From the sequence record ON568341.1: a stretch of DNA of 64,000 bases, one strand, 5' to 3'. The notes under the pieces are model-generated. The model made no database searches. It was not told the DNA's origin and saw nothing but the letters and a program-made list of their open reading frames with translations. This document shows positions 1 through 9,176 of the stretch, piece after piece. Within the stretch, counting starts at the first letter, position 1; each line of letters starts with the position of its first letter. The position numbers and the translations under genes were made by a program.

Positions 1-1920
1 ACCACTAGTGATATTCTGTTGAATAATATCCTGAAAATGTAGAGTATAGTCTCCTTGATTAATATATATAATATTGGAGTTATATGGGTTATTTTGTAAG
101 TTAATCGGAACTTCATATGCACCTAATTCTTTATCAGGTGTTACGGTTCTACTATAAGTTCTAATTTGAATAACAGAATCATCATCTAAATCTACCGAAC
201 TATCAAGTGTGATGCTTTGTACTTGGCCTTTTGATACATTCTTTGTATATTTTGATACATTAACACCATCGACATTAACTTCAATAATATCAGAATCATT
301 ATCTAAAACTTTTTGAGCTAATTCAAACGTATGATCATATTTTAAAATCTGAATACCATCACCACTAATCTGATGCCAGTCCAAATAAGTTTCACGTTCT
401 GCTTTATAGTACTGATATGTTCTATCAACTTCAATAACATATGCATACATACCATCAACAGGTTCTTTGAACACTTCCATGTCATATACAGTACTGAATA
501 CTCGATACATGTCAGTGCGTTGGACCTGTGGAGTTTGTTTTACATATTGTTTAGAGTATTCGTTTGAACGAACCCAATCAGTTTTTAGATTCATTTTATT
601 ATTTTCATCAATAATGTTATAATAATACAATCCACCAATTTCAACTTCAACACCAAGATGATCATATGTATAACGTTGTGATTGCAAAAAGTTTTCATAG
701 GTGTAATAGTTATAATCACCAAGTTCAATGTTATACCCATATACACTATCAGTAGCGTAATTATAATTTATTTTAAAACCAAATAATTGTGAACCTTTAA
801 AGTTACTGGATGGGTATGTTGTACTATTATCTAGTTTAATCCCATTGCGATCATAAAGTTGGAATTTTGGGAAGACGTTAACACTAGGTTTAGACTGTGC
901 ACGAACCCACAAATTACCATTCCAAAACATAGAACTATTACCATATTCATTACCTTTGGTAATTAAAACAACATCTCCATCCTGTGGTTCACCACTTGGA
1001 CGAGATTCTGATTCTTCATCGGGGTCTAGTGCTAAGCCATAAACACGTGTACCATCTTGCATTTTTTTAACATATACTTTATAAATCCTATTGTTTTCAC
1101 CATCGTTACCAATACTAGTGAATAGAATACGCATACCATCTTGTGGAATAATACCATCAATACGAATACCACTATTGACATCTTTTTGGATAATATCTTC
1201 AGGTTTAATATTATCAGAAAAAAGTTCAACTGTACCACGGAATTTCGTACCGTAGTTAATTAGCTCAATGTTTTTATTATATTCAATAATTGGTGCACGA
1301 GCACGAATAAAACGAGCATCTTGCATTAATTCTTCGGTCAAGATTGAACCATCTTCCAGTGTCTCACCTAAAGTATACCAAAAGTTTTGTAATGACCAAG
1401 TATTACCATTAAGTGCACCACGTTCCATGACAATGTAGTCAGGAGTAGTAATATTATAAGAGTTTTTTGTATCCCAAAGATATGAGCTAAAATTATTCAT
1501 TTTATTTGGGTTAATTGCAGGTGTCCATGCGTAAAACTTACCGTTAAATAAGCGACTTTCATTATCGGTTAGTGCTCCATAATGACTCATGTACCCAACC
1601 AGATCATCATAAAATTGAATTGAACGAATAGTCGAATCATCATTTTTAGAGACGTAAGCAGTGGACAACTGATATAGTTGTCGAGCAACAGTACTTTCGT
1701 GTAAAAAGATATTACCAGCAGCGGCTGGAGAACCCATATCACCAATATAACCGTCAACTAATTCGTTTTCAGCCGGATTAAACCATTGTTGAATAACATC
1801 ATCACTGACTTTCTGAATATCTTCTAAGCCTTGCATCCACTCAGGCAATCTTTTAATAAAAAGCTTTTTCTGTACTGCTTCAGCCATCTGTGTAGGTTGA
1901 AACTTAAAATTATTAGTCAT
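1..1920 (-). CDS. Large baseplate wedge/structural protein (gp7-like position), runs off the left edge
   Basis: Manual translation from ATG at 1920 (SD GGAG upstream): MTNNFKFQPTQMAEAVQKKLF... stays open to base 1. Missing from the ORF track because it has no stop in the window. Lies downstream of the gp6-like gene behind an ATAAATA late promoter. Confidence 0.7.
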   Translation of the reverse strand, partial: MTNNFKFQPTQMAEAVQKKLFIKRLPEWMQGLEDIQKVSDDVIQQWFNPAENELVDGYIGDMGSPAAAGNIFLHESTVARQLYQLSTAYVSKNDDSTIRSIQFYDDLVGYMSHYGALTDNESRLFNGKFYAWTPAINPNKMNNFSSYLWDTKNSYNITTPDYIVMERGALNGNTWSLQNFWYTLGETLEDGSILTEELMQDARFIRARAPIIEYNKNIELINYGTKFRGTVELFSDNIKPEDIIQKDVNSGIRIDGIIPQDGMRILFTSIGNDGENNRIYKVYVKKMQDGTRVYGLALDPDEESESRPSGEPQDGDVVLITKGNEYGNSSMFWNGNLWVRAQSKPSVNVFPKFQLYDRNGIKLDNSTTYPSSNFKGSQLFGFKINYNYATDSVYGYNIELGDYNYYTYENFLQSQRYTYDHLGVEVEIGGLYYYNIIDENNKMNLKTDWVRSNEYSKQYVKQTPQVQRTDMYRVFSTVYDMEVFKEPVDGMYAYVIEVDRTYQYYKAERETYLDWHQISGDGIQILKYDHTFELAQKVLDNDSDIIEVNVDGVNVSKYTKNVSKGQVQSITLDSSVDLDDDSVIQIRTYSRTVTPDKELGAYEVPINLQNNPYNSNIIYINQGDYTLHFQDIIQQNITSG

Positions 1921-1957
1921 TTTCTGGACTCCATATAATTCGTTCATTCATTTATTT

Positions 1958-1964
1958 TATTTAT
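1958..1964 (-). promoter_or_regulatory. Late promoter ATAAATA
   Basis: tatttat on + strand, ~40 nt upstream of the 1920 start; T4-type gp55 late promoter core. Confidence 0.7.
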
Positions 1965-1969
1965 TAGAT

Positions 1970-1993
1970 AAAAAAGGCGTTCCGAAGAACGCC
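1970..1993 (-). terminator. Rho-independent terminator, UUCG loop
   Basis: Minus strand GGCGTTC-TTCG-GAACGCC followed by T6, just after the stop at 2003. Confidence 0.9.
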
Positions 1994-2002
1994 AGTGTAA
2001 TA

Positions 2003-5000
2003 TTAAGAACCAATATTTATATTGCTTTTAGCTAATGAGTTAACTATTTGAACATTTTCTACTGATGCCGTACTCAAAAATATTTGGTCCGAACGTGATG
2101 GAATTTCAAATAGTGACCCAAATTTTGAATTTGGATTTTGTGCAACAATAACAATTGTACTAATATGTCTCCCCAATTGGGAATGTATATAAGTACACAA
2201 ATCAGTGTAATAGAAACTTTCACCAAAATCCCAATTATCAACATTAAAATATTCATTTGTTAATGCAATAACATTTTGACGAATTTCATCGTCACTCATA
2301 GTACTATTTGGTAATTTAACAACTTTAAAATCAGCTTTATAGTCTTCAGCAGCACTATTGCCAAACAATGGTAGGTACTCTGCACTATGCCAAATAATAC
2401 TGTCACTGATGACAATTTTTTGCTCAACATCTTTGAACATATTTTTCAATTCAACTGATGTAGGTGGTTTTGGGATACTTCCAACTGCATTATTTTTCAA
2501 CCACACATCAACTTCGGTTTTATACGAGTTAGTTAGAACATACATATCAATTAAGTTTGTTCTACTTGGATCAATGCGATTATCGTCAGGTGCATAATGT
2601 TTCCAATGGAAGTCAATACTTGTACGAGCATTTGTTTTGACTGTGTATTGTGCAGTAACATCTTTATAACCATAGTAATCCAACTTCTGATTCTCATCAG
2701 AATTAGTACCCATGTTGTTAATTGTACGATAAAATGCGAGTTCTGGTGTAACAGTTATGGTGTCATCTGAATATGTCAAATTACTAATTAATTGACCCAA
2801 ACGATCATTGTTGTTACCAACGGTTTGTTCGATGAAATAATATTTACCATCATATTTAAAACACACTAAGAATCCAGAACCTTTACTGTACAATCCACTC
2901 AATGAGTTAGAACGAATTGCATTATTTCGTACAAATTCAGTTCTTTTATATGTATTAGGTTCAGCTAATGCTTGTTCCATCGTATAAGACCAAGATGAAT
3001 CTAGAAACGTGAATGTATCATTTGGTAAAGATAGAACTGAAATAGTAAAATCATTATTTTCTTTGAATATCAAAATACCACCATATTTCAATGCATCAGT
3101 ACCTGACCATTCTGGAACAATTTCTTTAAATTGGTTTGGTTCCAATGGTATACCATTACTATCTACTTTTCTAGATGTGACAATAATACGAGAGCCATCA
3201 AGATATCCATTTTCTTGCTGTATTGTATCATAAATTTGAAAATCAATATTACTCGTCAGTCCAGAATTGTTAGTACTGGTGGTGTTCGAAGATAAAATTT
3301 CAATCTTATCGCTTTGAACAGTGCCAGTACTAATATCAGTTATTTTTTTGGATGAAACAAAGTAAAATTTCACTTTATCCCCACCAACGAATATATATTC
3401 AATACCATTAGCGTCAAATTCCCAAGTTTCTGCTGTATATTTTACATTTATAACAACCAAAACTTCATGACCATTATACATAATAGTATCATCATTCGTA
3501 CTTACTTCTACCGGAACCCATGCAGTTGTTTCTTTGTCATGCACAATGACAAAATCAGTTTTCTTATCCAACATTGCAGAAATAGATTGAACTTCAACGG
3601 AATCAAACCTAGTTCTATATGGTAATATATAATCAATTGCTTGCATTCTACTTGGTACGGATGTACTTAATACATAAAACCCATTATCTAATACACTAAC
3701 AATACTTGCCCATACTGTAGTGGTAGAGTTAGAAAATTTAATCAAAGTACCCACCTGATACGAGCCATATACAGTCCCAGATGAACCCAAAATTCTACCA
3801 TATGTATTTGTAGTATAATTTGAATTATATACAGGCGTCCATGATTGTTGGATTTCAATGCCAATCGTATTGGAAGGGTAAGCTTGATAGCGTTGTATTA
3901 CCGCATTTTCACCAATCAATGGTTGAATATTATCAATAACAATGCTGGCATTAGTTTTTGTTGTTGGTAGTAATAGTGACCTATTAAATTTAGTATTTTC
4001 TTGATATAATGCCCCGTCATCACTAAACACATCAGTGTTTTGGTATTTTCCAGTAGGATCATTGATGTCAATAAATCTAGACTGACCACTATAAATTCTA
4101 TTAATAGCTTTCGACTTAAGCACTGTATTCCCTAAACTAAGGGGTGCTATATTATAATCTTCACCATTAACAAAGCGGTTTTGTGTATAGTACATTTGTG
4201 GTGCACGTGCTTTAATCTGCTCAATTGTCTCAGCACTTTGTGCACGATCTGATTCATATTGTAATGAAAAACGTACATCCAACGTACTAGATTCATAACT
4301 TGATTGTGTTTTAGTTCGATATGTATACTTTACACTTTTATTTTGAATTTCTGATGTTTTAATGTTATACGTTTTACCATTACTGACGCGATACCACACG
4401 CGAAAAGTTCCACGCGGCACAACACCACTTCTAGAATCTGGATATTTAATTGTTATTTGGTCTTTGTCACGTGTTGAAACAGCAAAAATTGTTTTTAATT
4501 GACGGTTAACCGTATTATATGCAATACTTTCCATAGATGGTACTTTTGTCCATTTCGCACGCACAATACCATCTTCATTAATTTCTTGAACCCAAACATC
4601 AGTTTCGTTTATATTATCAACGTTTACATCTTGTATTCTATTTTCTTCACGAATATTATATTGATAATCTTGATATGTCAACGTCCCTTGTATAAAATAT
4701 ACAAAAAAACCAGTATTTGGTGAACTGAATCCATTACCATCATTTTGATAGACAATATATTTTTGTTCTTGCGGTTCTGGGTGACGTTCCTCAACACCAA
4801 CGGATGTAATGTCAGGGTTTACCACTTCAAATGTCATAGATTCACCATTTACTGTTGCAACAAATGGTATACTTGGTGCAGTCATTGGAATTGTATTCAT
4901 CCTATACAATTGTCGAGATACACCATTAACATCAATACGTTTAACTGGGTTACCAAATTGATTAGTACTAACAAATGAGCTATTCATAACAAGAATGAAG

Positions 5001-5464
5001 TTTTCATACCAATTTGCATCCATCGGGTCATTCCAACGAATAATTTTATCTTTTAGCGATTCATTGAAACTATTACGAACATCTTGGTTAGTTTTAATTT
5101 CAGTTAATTTAGCAACTGCACGACCAGGATAAGAACGGCGTGGTGCATAAGAAATCATTTTAGCTAGTTTTAGAACTGATGCACGACGTGTTGCAGTATC
5201 TAAAAAGTTTTCACGTGTGTTTAAATCCATACGAAATGCCAAGTTCTGTCCTAGCATAGAAATTGTATCCAGAATAAAAATGAATTGGTCATTTTCAATC
5301 CAGTCATTGAATGAATCAGGATACGTTTGACGCAAATAATCAATCATACTCTGGCGAATAGTATCAAAATCATATGCAGTAAGATTGATTTTATAAAAAC
5401 TTTCATAAACTTGAGTCCAATCTTCACCACTATATAAATTTGATTGCCTTTTTTGTTGTGACAT
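2003..5464 (-). CDS. gp6: Baseplate wedge subunit (gp6/J-like)
   Basis: N-terminal YDFDTIRQSMIDYL...ENFLDTATRRASVLKLAKMISY and AETIEQIKARAPQMYYTQNRFVNGEDY motifs; C-terminal FNVDNWDFGESFY; adjacent to gp25-like gene. Confidence 0.85.
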   Translation of the reverse strand: MSQQKRQSNLYSGEDWTQVYESFYKINLTAYDFDTIRQSMIDYLRQTYPDSFNDWIENDQFIFILDTISMLGQNLAFRMDLNTRENFLDTATRRASVLKLAKMISYAPRRSYPGRAVAKLTEIKTNQDVRNSFNESLKDKIIRWNDPMDANWYENFILVMNSSFVSTNQFGNPVKRIDVNGVSRQLYRMNTIPMTAPSIPFVATVNGESMTFEVVNPDITSVGVEERHPEPQEQKYIVYQNDGNGFSSPNTGFFVYFIQGTLTYQDYQYNIREENRIQDVNVDNINETDVWVQEINEDGIVRAKWTKVPSMESIAYNTVNRQLKTIFAVSTRDKDQITIKYPDSRSGVVPRGTFRVWYRVSNGKTYNIKTSEIQNKSVKYTYRTKTQSSYESSTLDVRFSLQYESDRAQSAETIEQIKARAPQMYYTQNRFVNGEDYNIAPLSLGNTVLKSKAINRIYSGQSRFIDINDPTGKYQNTDVFSDDGALYQENTKFNRSLLLPTTKTNASIVIDNIQPLIGENAVIQRYQAYPSNTIGIEIQQSWTPVYNSNYTTNTYGRILGSSGTVYGSYQVGTLIKFSNSTTTVWASIVSVLDNGFYVLSTSVPSRMQAIDYILPYRTRFDSVEVQSISAMLDKKTDFVIVHDKETTAWVPVEVSTNDDTIMYNGHEVLVVINVKYTAETWEFDANGIEYIFVGGDKVKFYFVSSKKITDISTGTVQSDKIEILSSNTTSTNNSGLTSNIDFQIYDTIQQENGYLDGSRIIVTSRKVDSNGIPLEPNQFKEIVPEWSGTDALKYGGILIFKENNDFTISVLSLPNDTFTFLDSSWSYTMEQALAEPNTYKRTEFVRNNAIRSNSLSGLYSKGSGFLVCFKYDGKYYFIEQTVGNNNDRLGQLISNLTYSDDTITVTPELAFYRTINNMGTNSDENQKLDYYGYKDVTAQYTVKTNARTSIDFHWKHYAPDDNRIDPSRTNLIDMYVLTNSYKTEVDVWLKNNAVGSIPKPPTSVELKNMFKDVEQKIVISDSIIWHSAEYLPLFGNSAAEDYKADFKVVKLPNSTMSDDEIRQNVIALTNEYFNVDNWDFGESFYYTDLCTYIHSQLGRHISTIVIVAQNPNSKFGSLFEIPSRSDQIFLSTASVENVQIVNSLAKSNINIGS

Positions 5465-5520
5465 AATTTATTCCTTTAAATCAGTAAAGTACTAGTTCAG
5501 TACTGGGAATTATATAGAAA

Positions 5521-5527
5521 TATTTAT
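5521..5527 (-). promoter_or_regulatory. Late promoter ATAAATA
   Basis: tatttat 57 nt upstream of the gp6-like start. Confidence 0.65.
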
Positions 5528-5530
5528 TCA

Positions 5531-5559
5531 AAAAGAAAAGCACTCAGAAGAGTGCTTTT
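5531..5559 (-). terminator. Rho-independent terminator
   Basis: AAAAGCACTC/GAGTGCTTTT stem with T-tract on minus strand after the gp25-like stop. Confidence 0.8.
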
Positions 5560-5565
5560 TCTTAG

Positions 5566-5961
5566 TTATAAAGACGATACAGAATATGTTGCCATTCTAT
5601 TATTACTTCTTGCATCAAAGACTATAGAAAGTTCTTCTACCGTATTCAATACAACGTATTGTAATACGATATTCATTTGGTATCCATATTCAATTCTTGA
5701 AATTTGTATGTTTTTAAGATTTAAGCGTGGATCTAAGCTAATAATCCTACGTGCATCTGCTTCTAAAAGGTTAATAGTATTATATCCTTCCAATTCAAAC
5801 AACAAATCCCATGCAATAAACCCATAGTCTGCATCGAATGCTCTTTCGCCTTTTTTTGTATTAAAATGATTCATCAAATCCTGACGAACCAATTCATTAT
5901 CATACAACGTTTCAGTTCTACCCACAACTGGTGTAGAGAAACCTTTGAAAACAACTGCCAT
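5566..5961 (-). CDS. gp25: Baseplate wedge subunit gp25-like (sheath initiator)
   Basis: LVRQDLMNHFNTKKGERAFDADYG and DPRL motifs of the GPW/gp25 family. Confidence 0.9.
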   Translation of the reverse strand: MAVVFKGFSTPVVGRTETLYDNELVRQDLMNHFNTKKGERAFDADYGFIAWDLLFELEGYNTINLLEADARRIISLDPRLNLKNIQISRIEYGYQMNIVLQYVVLNTVEELSIVFDARSNNRMATYSVSSL

Positions 5962-5974
5962 TGTCTATTTCCTT

Positions 5975-6463
5975 TTATACGGATTCGACGATACGTGCCA
6001 TCTTTTCCGCTCTAGAAGTGGTTTGTTTATACCATGTACTATCACGCAATTCTTTACCAGCAGTTTTATAATCAGCTTTACCTAATGCGGACATTGCTTT
6101 TTTGAATTTCAAAACTTTGGTTTTACCCATTTGGAATACCATCATCCACAATACACGTTGTACCTGTACTGGTGCTGTCATACCAAACTGTTCATAAATG
6201 GATTTTGCGTCATTGTACGCAGTTTGAGCATCTTTAATAAGAAGTTGGTCTGCTTGTTCTTCAGTTAAACCATTTTTGAAGTTCTCGTTGGGAAGAACTA
6301 AATGACCATAACCAATAGTATCAAGTCCGAGGCTATCTTTATATACCCAAAACTTATCATTTTTAAAATATCCAAGTTTTTTTTGATAAGAAATTGTACC
6401 TTCAAACTCTTTAATTTCTTTAAAAAACTGCTCATCTGTATTTTTAATTTCCCATTTACTCAT
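5975..6463 (-). CDS. T4-type lysozyme (GH24 muramidase)
   Basis: E..G...YKDSLGLDTIGYGH with E/D/T triad; LWMMVFQMG and WYKQTTSRA as in T4 lysozyme. Confidence 0.9.
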   Translation of the reverse strand: MSKWEIKNTDEQFFKEIKEFEGTISYQKKLGYFKNDKFWVYKDSLGLDTIGYGHLVLPNENFKNGLTEEQADQLLIKDAQTAYNDAKSIYEQFGMTAPVQVQRVLWMMVFQMGKTKVLKFKKAMSALGKADYKTAGKELRDSTWYKQTTSRAEKMARIVESV

Positions 6464-6479
6464 AAAGACATCCTCATTT

Positions 6480-6487
6480 TATTTATA
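6480..6487 (-). promoter_or_regulatory. Late promoter TATAAATA
   Basis: Perfect T4 late consensus 17 nt upstream of the lysozyme ATG. Confidence 0.8.
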
Positions 6488-6499
6488 GTACTGAAATAT

Positions 6500-9163
6500 T
6501 TATTGACATGCCTCCAAACGTCGAGCCATTAACTCAGCACGGCGTGTCGTTTGGCGATACCAAGCCGAATTACGGATTTGTGCTGCTGCTTGTTTATAAT
6601 TTCCTTTCGCTAATTCAGATAACATTGTTTTAAATTTAAGAACTCCACCTTTGCCCATTTGAAATACCATTTGACATAGAACTTGCTGTGCCATATAAGG
6701 AGTTTTCATGTTATATGATGCATAAATTGATTTAGCATCATAAATTGCTTTACTACTATCACGAACAAGCATATCATTTGCTTGTTGTTCAGTTATACCA
6801 GAAGAAAAGTTTTCGCCATTCACGATTAAATGACCGTAACCAATAGTTGGGTAGCCACGACTATCCAAATAACGCCAGAATTTACCATTTCGATAATACC
6901 CTTTTGCTTGTTGATATTGCATAGTACCCTCATATTCCTTTAATTCGGAAATAAATTGAGAATCACCTGGGACAATTTTCCAATCTATTGCAGTTTTATC
7001 TACATTACCGACATTATATGTTGGTTGTACAACTGGTGTAGATGATACACCACTTCTCTGTGTTCTTCTTTTACGAGGTACATGTCGTGAGCCACGCTGT
7101 GAATAACCAGTACCAATTGTTTTAATTTTGGTAGTAACGACCAATTCATCACTATCAACGGATGGTTGTACTACTGCTTGCGGTGAAGATTGATTTGTTG
7201 CTTGACCTGCAATCAATGTTTTATTAGCTGCATCTGCACCAATACCAGTTTGTGATGCATAAAATAATCCTGGGTCAACTGAACCACTAAAGCCGAGGAC
7301 GTTAGCTGACGTTACACGTATTTCAAATTGCATAACACCATTTGCTTTACCAATGACCTGTCCCTTTTGAACTACATCCTTGTTTAGTAAATTCGTTTGA
7401 ATATTATAAAATATAGATTTATAACCAGATTTATGTTGAATCAAAATCCCACCATTAGTAATTACAACAACACCACCATCTGGTGCAACAACATCTCCTT
7501 TACATTGTATTTCCCATCCAGAACGGTCAGTCTTTCCTCCATTTTGTGTTGGAATGCCTTTTCCCCAATAGCCGTATTGACGAATGGTCCCACTACACGG
7601 CATATACATATGCAAACCTTCATATGTAATGCTATACCCAGTCATTCCAGTATCAGATACCATTAAATCTTGTGTTTGAACTTGTTCGGTTTCGGGTGTA
7701 TAGTTCACAAACTGAATAGCTTCAGTTTCTTGAGCTTCAGGAATTTCTGGTGTAACATCATTTGCAGGCTGTGGCTGAACAGGGGATTCACTTGAAATCT
7801 TCCCCCCACCTTGTCTTGGTGGTTCAACATAACTACCATGGTTTTTCGCATCAACCCATGAAACAATGTCATGAATGTGTTCATTAAGACCAGCAGATGG
7901 TGTTCTGAAATTTGGTGCAGTAAATTCAGCAGTACCGCTATTACCACCACTATTAACTGTTAATGTTTGACCTCCACCACTAACAATTGCTGAAGATGAA
8001 CCAATTAAGTTTGCAGATGTAGAAGCAGAAATAGACGCATTTGAACCAGCAGTAATATCAGTACTGCTACCACTTTGCATACGTAAGGACGCAGCAGTGA
8101 CCAGTCGAAGATCAGCACCGGAATTAACCACAACTTGTCCACCAACTTTTGCATCAAGAGTTCCAATTAGATCTAATTTAGTATTGGCTCCTACGCGTGC
8201 ATTAAAATCTTGACCCGTTTCAATATTATATGAACGACCAGCAGTGATGTTAATATCTTGCCCTGCACGAATATTGATATTCTTATCACAGTGCATGTCA
8301 ATATCCCCTTCACCAGTAAATTTTATACGGGCGGTCCCATCACGATTAATTAAAAGTACATCCCCCGTTGCTTCTGATAATAAAAGTTGTGCACCACTAC
8401 GGGTTTTTATTACAACTCCTTCATTTTTACGAGAACCAACACGGGTGTCGTTTACTGGGTTATTGAATTGTGTATCTTGATATCCATCTGGGTCTTGATC
8501 CCATGTGGGTGCAGTTAATTCCTCTTCGGTATAGCCATCATCAATGATGAAACTATTTCCACGTGGGGATGACATCCCATATACAGTACTCGTTGTTTGG
8601 CGAGTACTACTTCGGTTAGCAAGGCCAGCTTCTTCATCATACAAAAGGTTTTGCTTTTTAAGACCAGCAATAATTGGAACATTTGCATATTTGTCTTGCA
8701 TATCAGTAGTGAGTGTGTTACGATCATAGTCAGTAACAGGAAGAGGCATATCTGTTCCGCTATAATTACTAACATCTGTTGCCATACCAGGGACCATAGT
8801 ATTCATGCGATGGTCATATACACAACCAATCCAATACGCTTGAAATGTACGAGCCTGTGCGAAAATCACAACAACAGTGCACCCAACATCAGGCGGCACA
8901 GCCCAGAATCCATAACCTTTAGGATACTGTCCATAAGCATCTGCACTTGGAATACCTGGTGTTTTACCAGCAAAAGGAGACATATAAGATGCCTCAATCC
9001 ATGATTCTTTTGAATTTTTATCGCTTTGTGAACCTTGTATCCAAACTTTTAACTTTCCAGATTTAGTTGGATCTCTATTATCCATAACTGTTGCTAATTG
9101 TGGATAAGCTGGGTCAAAACGACCCAACTGTTGTTGTGCATACTTTTTACTTGTATCTGCCAT
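6500..9163 (-). CDS. gp5: Baseplate central spike (gp5/VgrG-like) with degenerate M23-like domain and C-terminal lysozyme
   Basis: N-terminal OB-fold (RDPTKSGKLKVWI...GFWAVPPDVG), beta-helix repeats, HIH apex motif (LNEHIHD), M23-like segment, then a GH24 domain (YLDSRGYPTIGYGH). Confidence 0.85.
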   Translation of the reverse strand: MADTSKKYAQQQLGRFDPAYPQLATVMDNRDPTKSGKLKVWIQGSQSDKNSKESWIEASYMSPFAGKTPGIPSADAYGQYPKGYGFWAVPPDVGCTVVVIFAQARTFQAYWIGCVYDHRMNTMVPGMATDVSNYSGTDMPLPVTDYDRNTLTTDMQDKYANVPIIAGLKKQNLLYDEEAGLANRSSTRQTTSTVYGMSSPRGNSFIIDDGYTEEELTAPTWDQDPDGYQDTQFNNPVNDTRVGSRKNEGVVIKTRSGAQLLLSEATGDVLLINRDGTARIKFTGEGDIDMHCDKNINIRAGQDINITAGRSYNIETGQDFNARVGANTKLDLIGTLDAKVGGQVVVNSGADLRLVTAASLRMQSGSSTDITAGSNASISASTSANLIGSSSAIVSGGGQTLTVNSGGNSGTAEFTAPNFRTPSAGLNEHIHDIVSWVDAKNHGSYVEPPRQGGGKISSESPVQPQPANDVTPEIPEAQETEAIQFVNYTPETEQVQTQDLMVSDTGMTGYSITYEGLHMYMPCSGTIRQYGYWGKGIPTQNGGKTDRSGWEIQCKGDVVAPDGGVVVITNGGILIQHKSGYKSIFYNIQTNLLNKDVVQKGQVIGKANGVMQFEIRVTSANVLGFSGSVDPGLFYASQTGIGADAANKTLIAGQATNQSSPQAVVQPSVDSDELVVTTKIKTIGTGYSQRGSRHVPRKRRTQRSGVSSTPVVQPTYNVGNVDKTAIDWKIVPGDSQFISELKEYEGTMQYQQAKGYYRNGKFWRYLDSRGYPTIGYGHLIVNGENFSSGITEQQANDMLVRDSSKAIYDAKSIYASYNMKTPYMAQQVLCQMVFQMGKGGVLKFKTMLSELAKGNYKQAAAQIRNSAWYRQTTRRAELMARRLEACQ

Positions 9164-9176
9164 ATTTTTTTATTCC

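Noticed and set aside
373-1238. Track ORFs 373-567 and 1032-1238
   Set aside because: They overlap the long minus-strand frame 1-1920, which the track misses because it has no stop in the window
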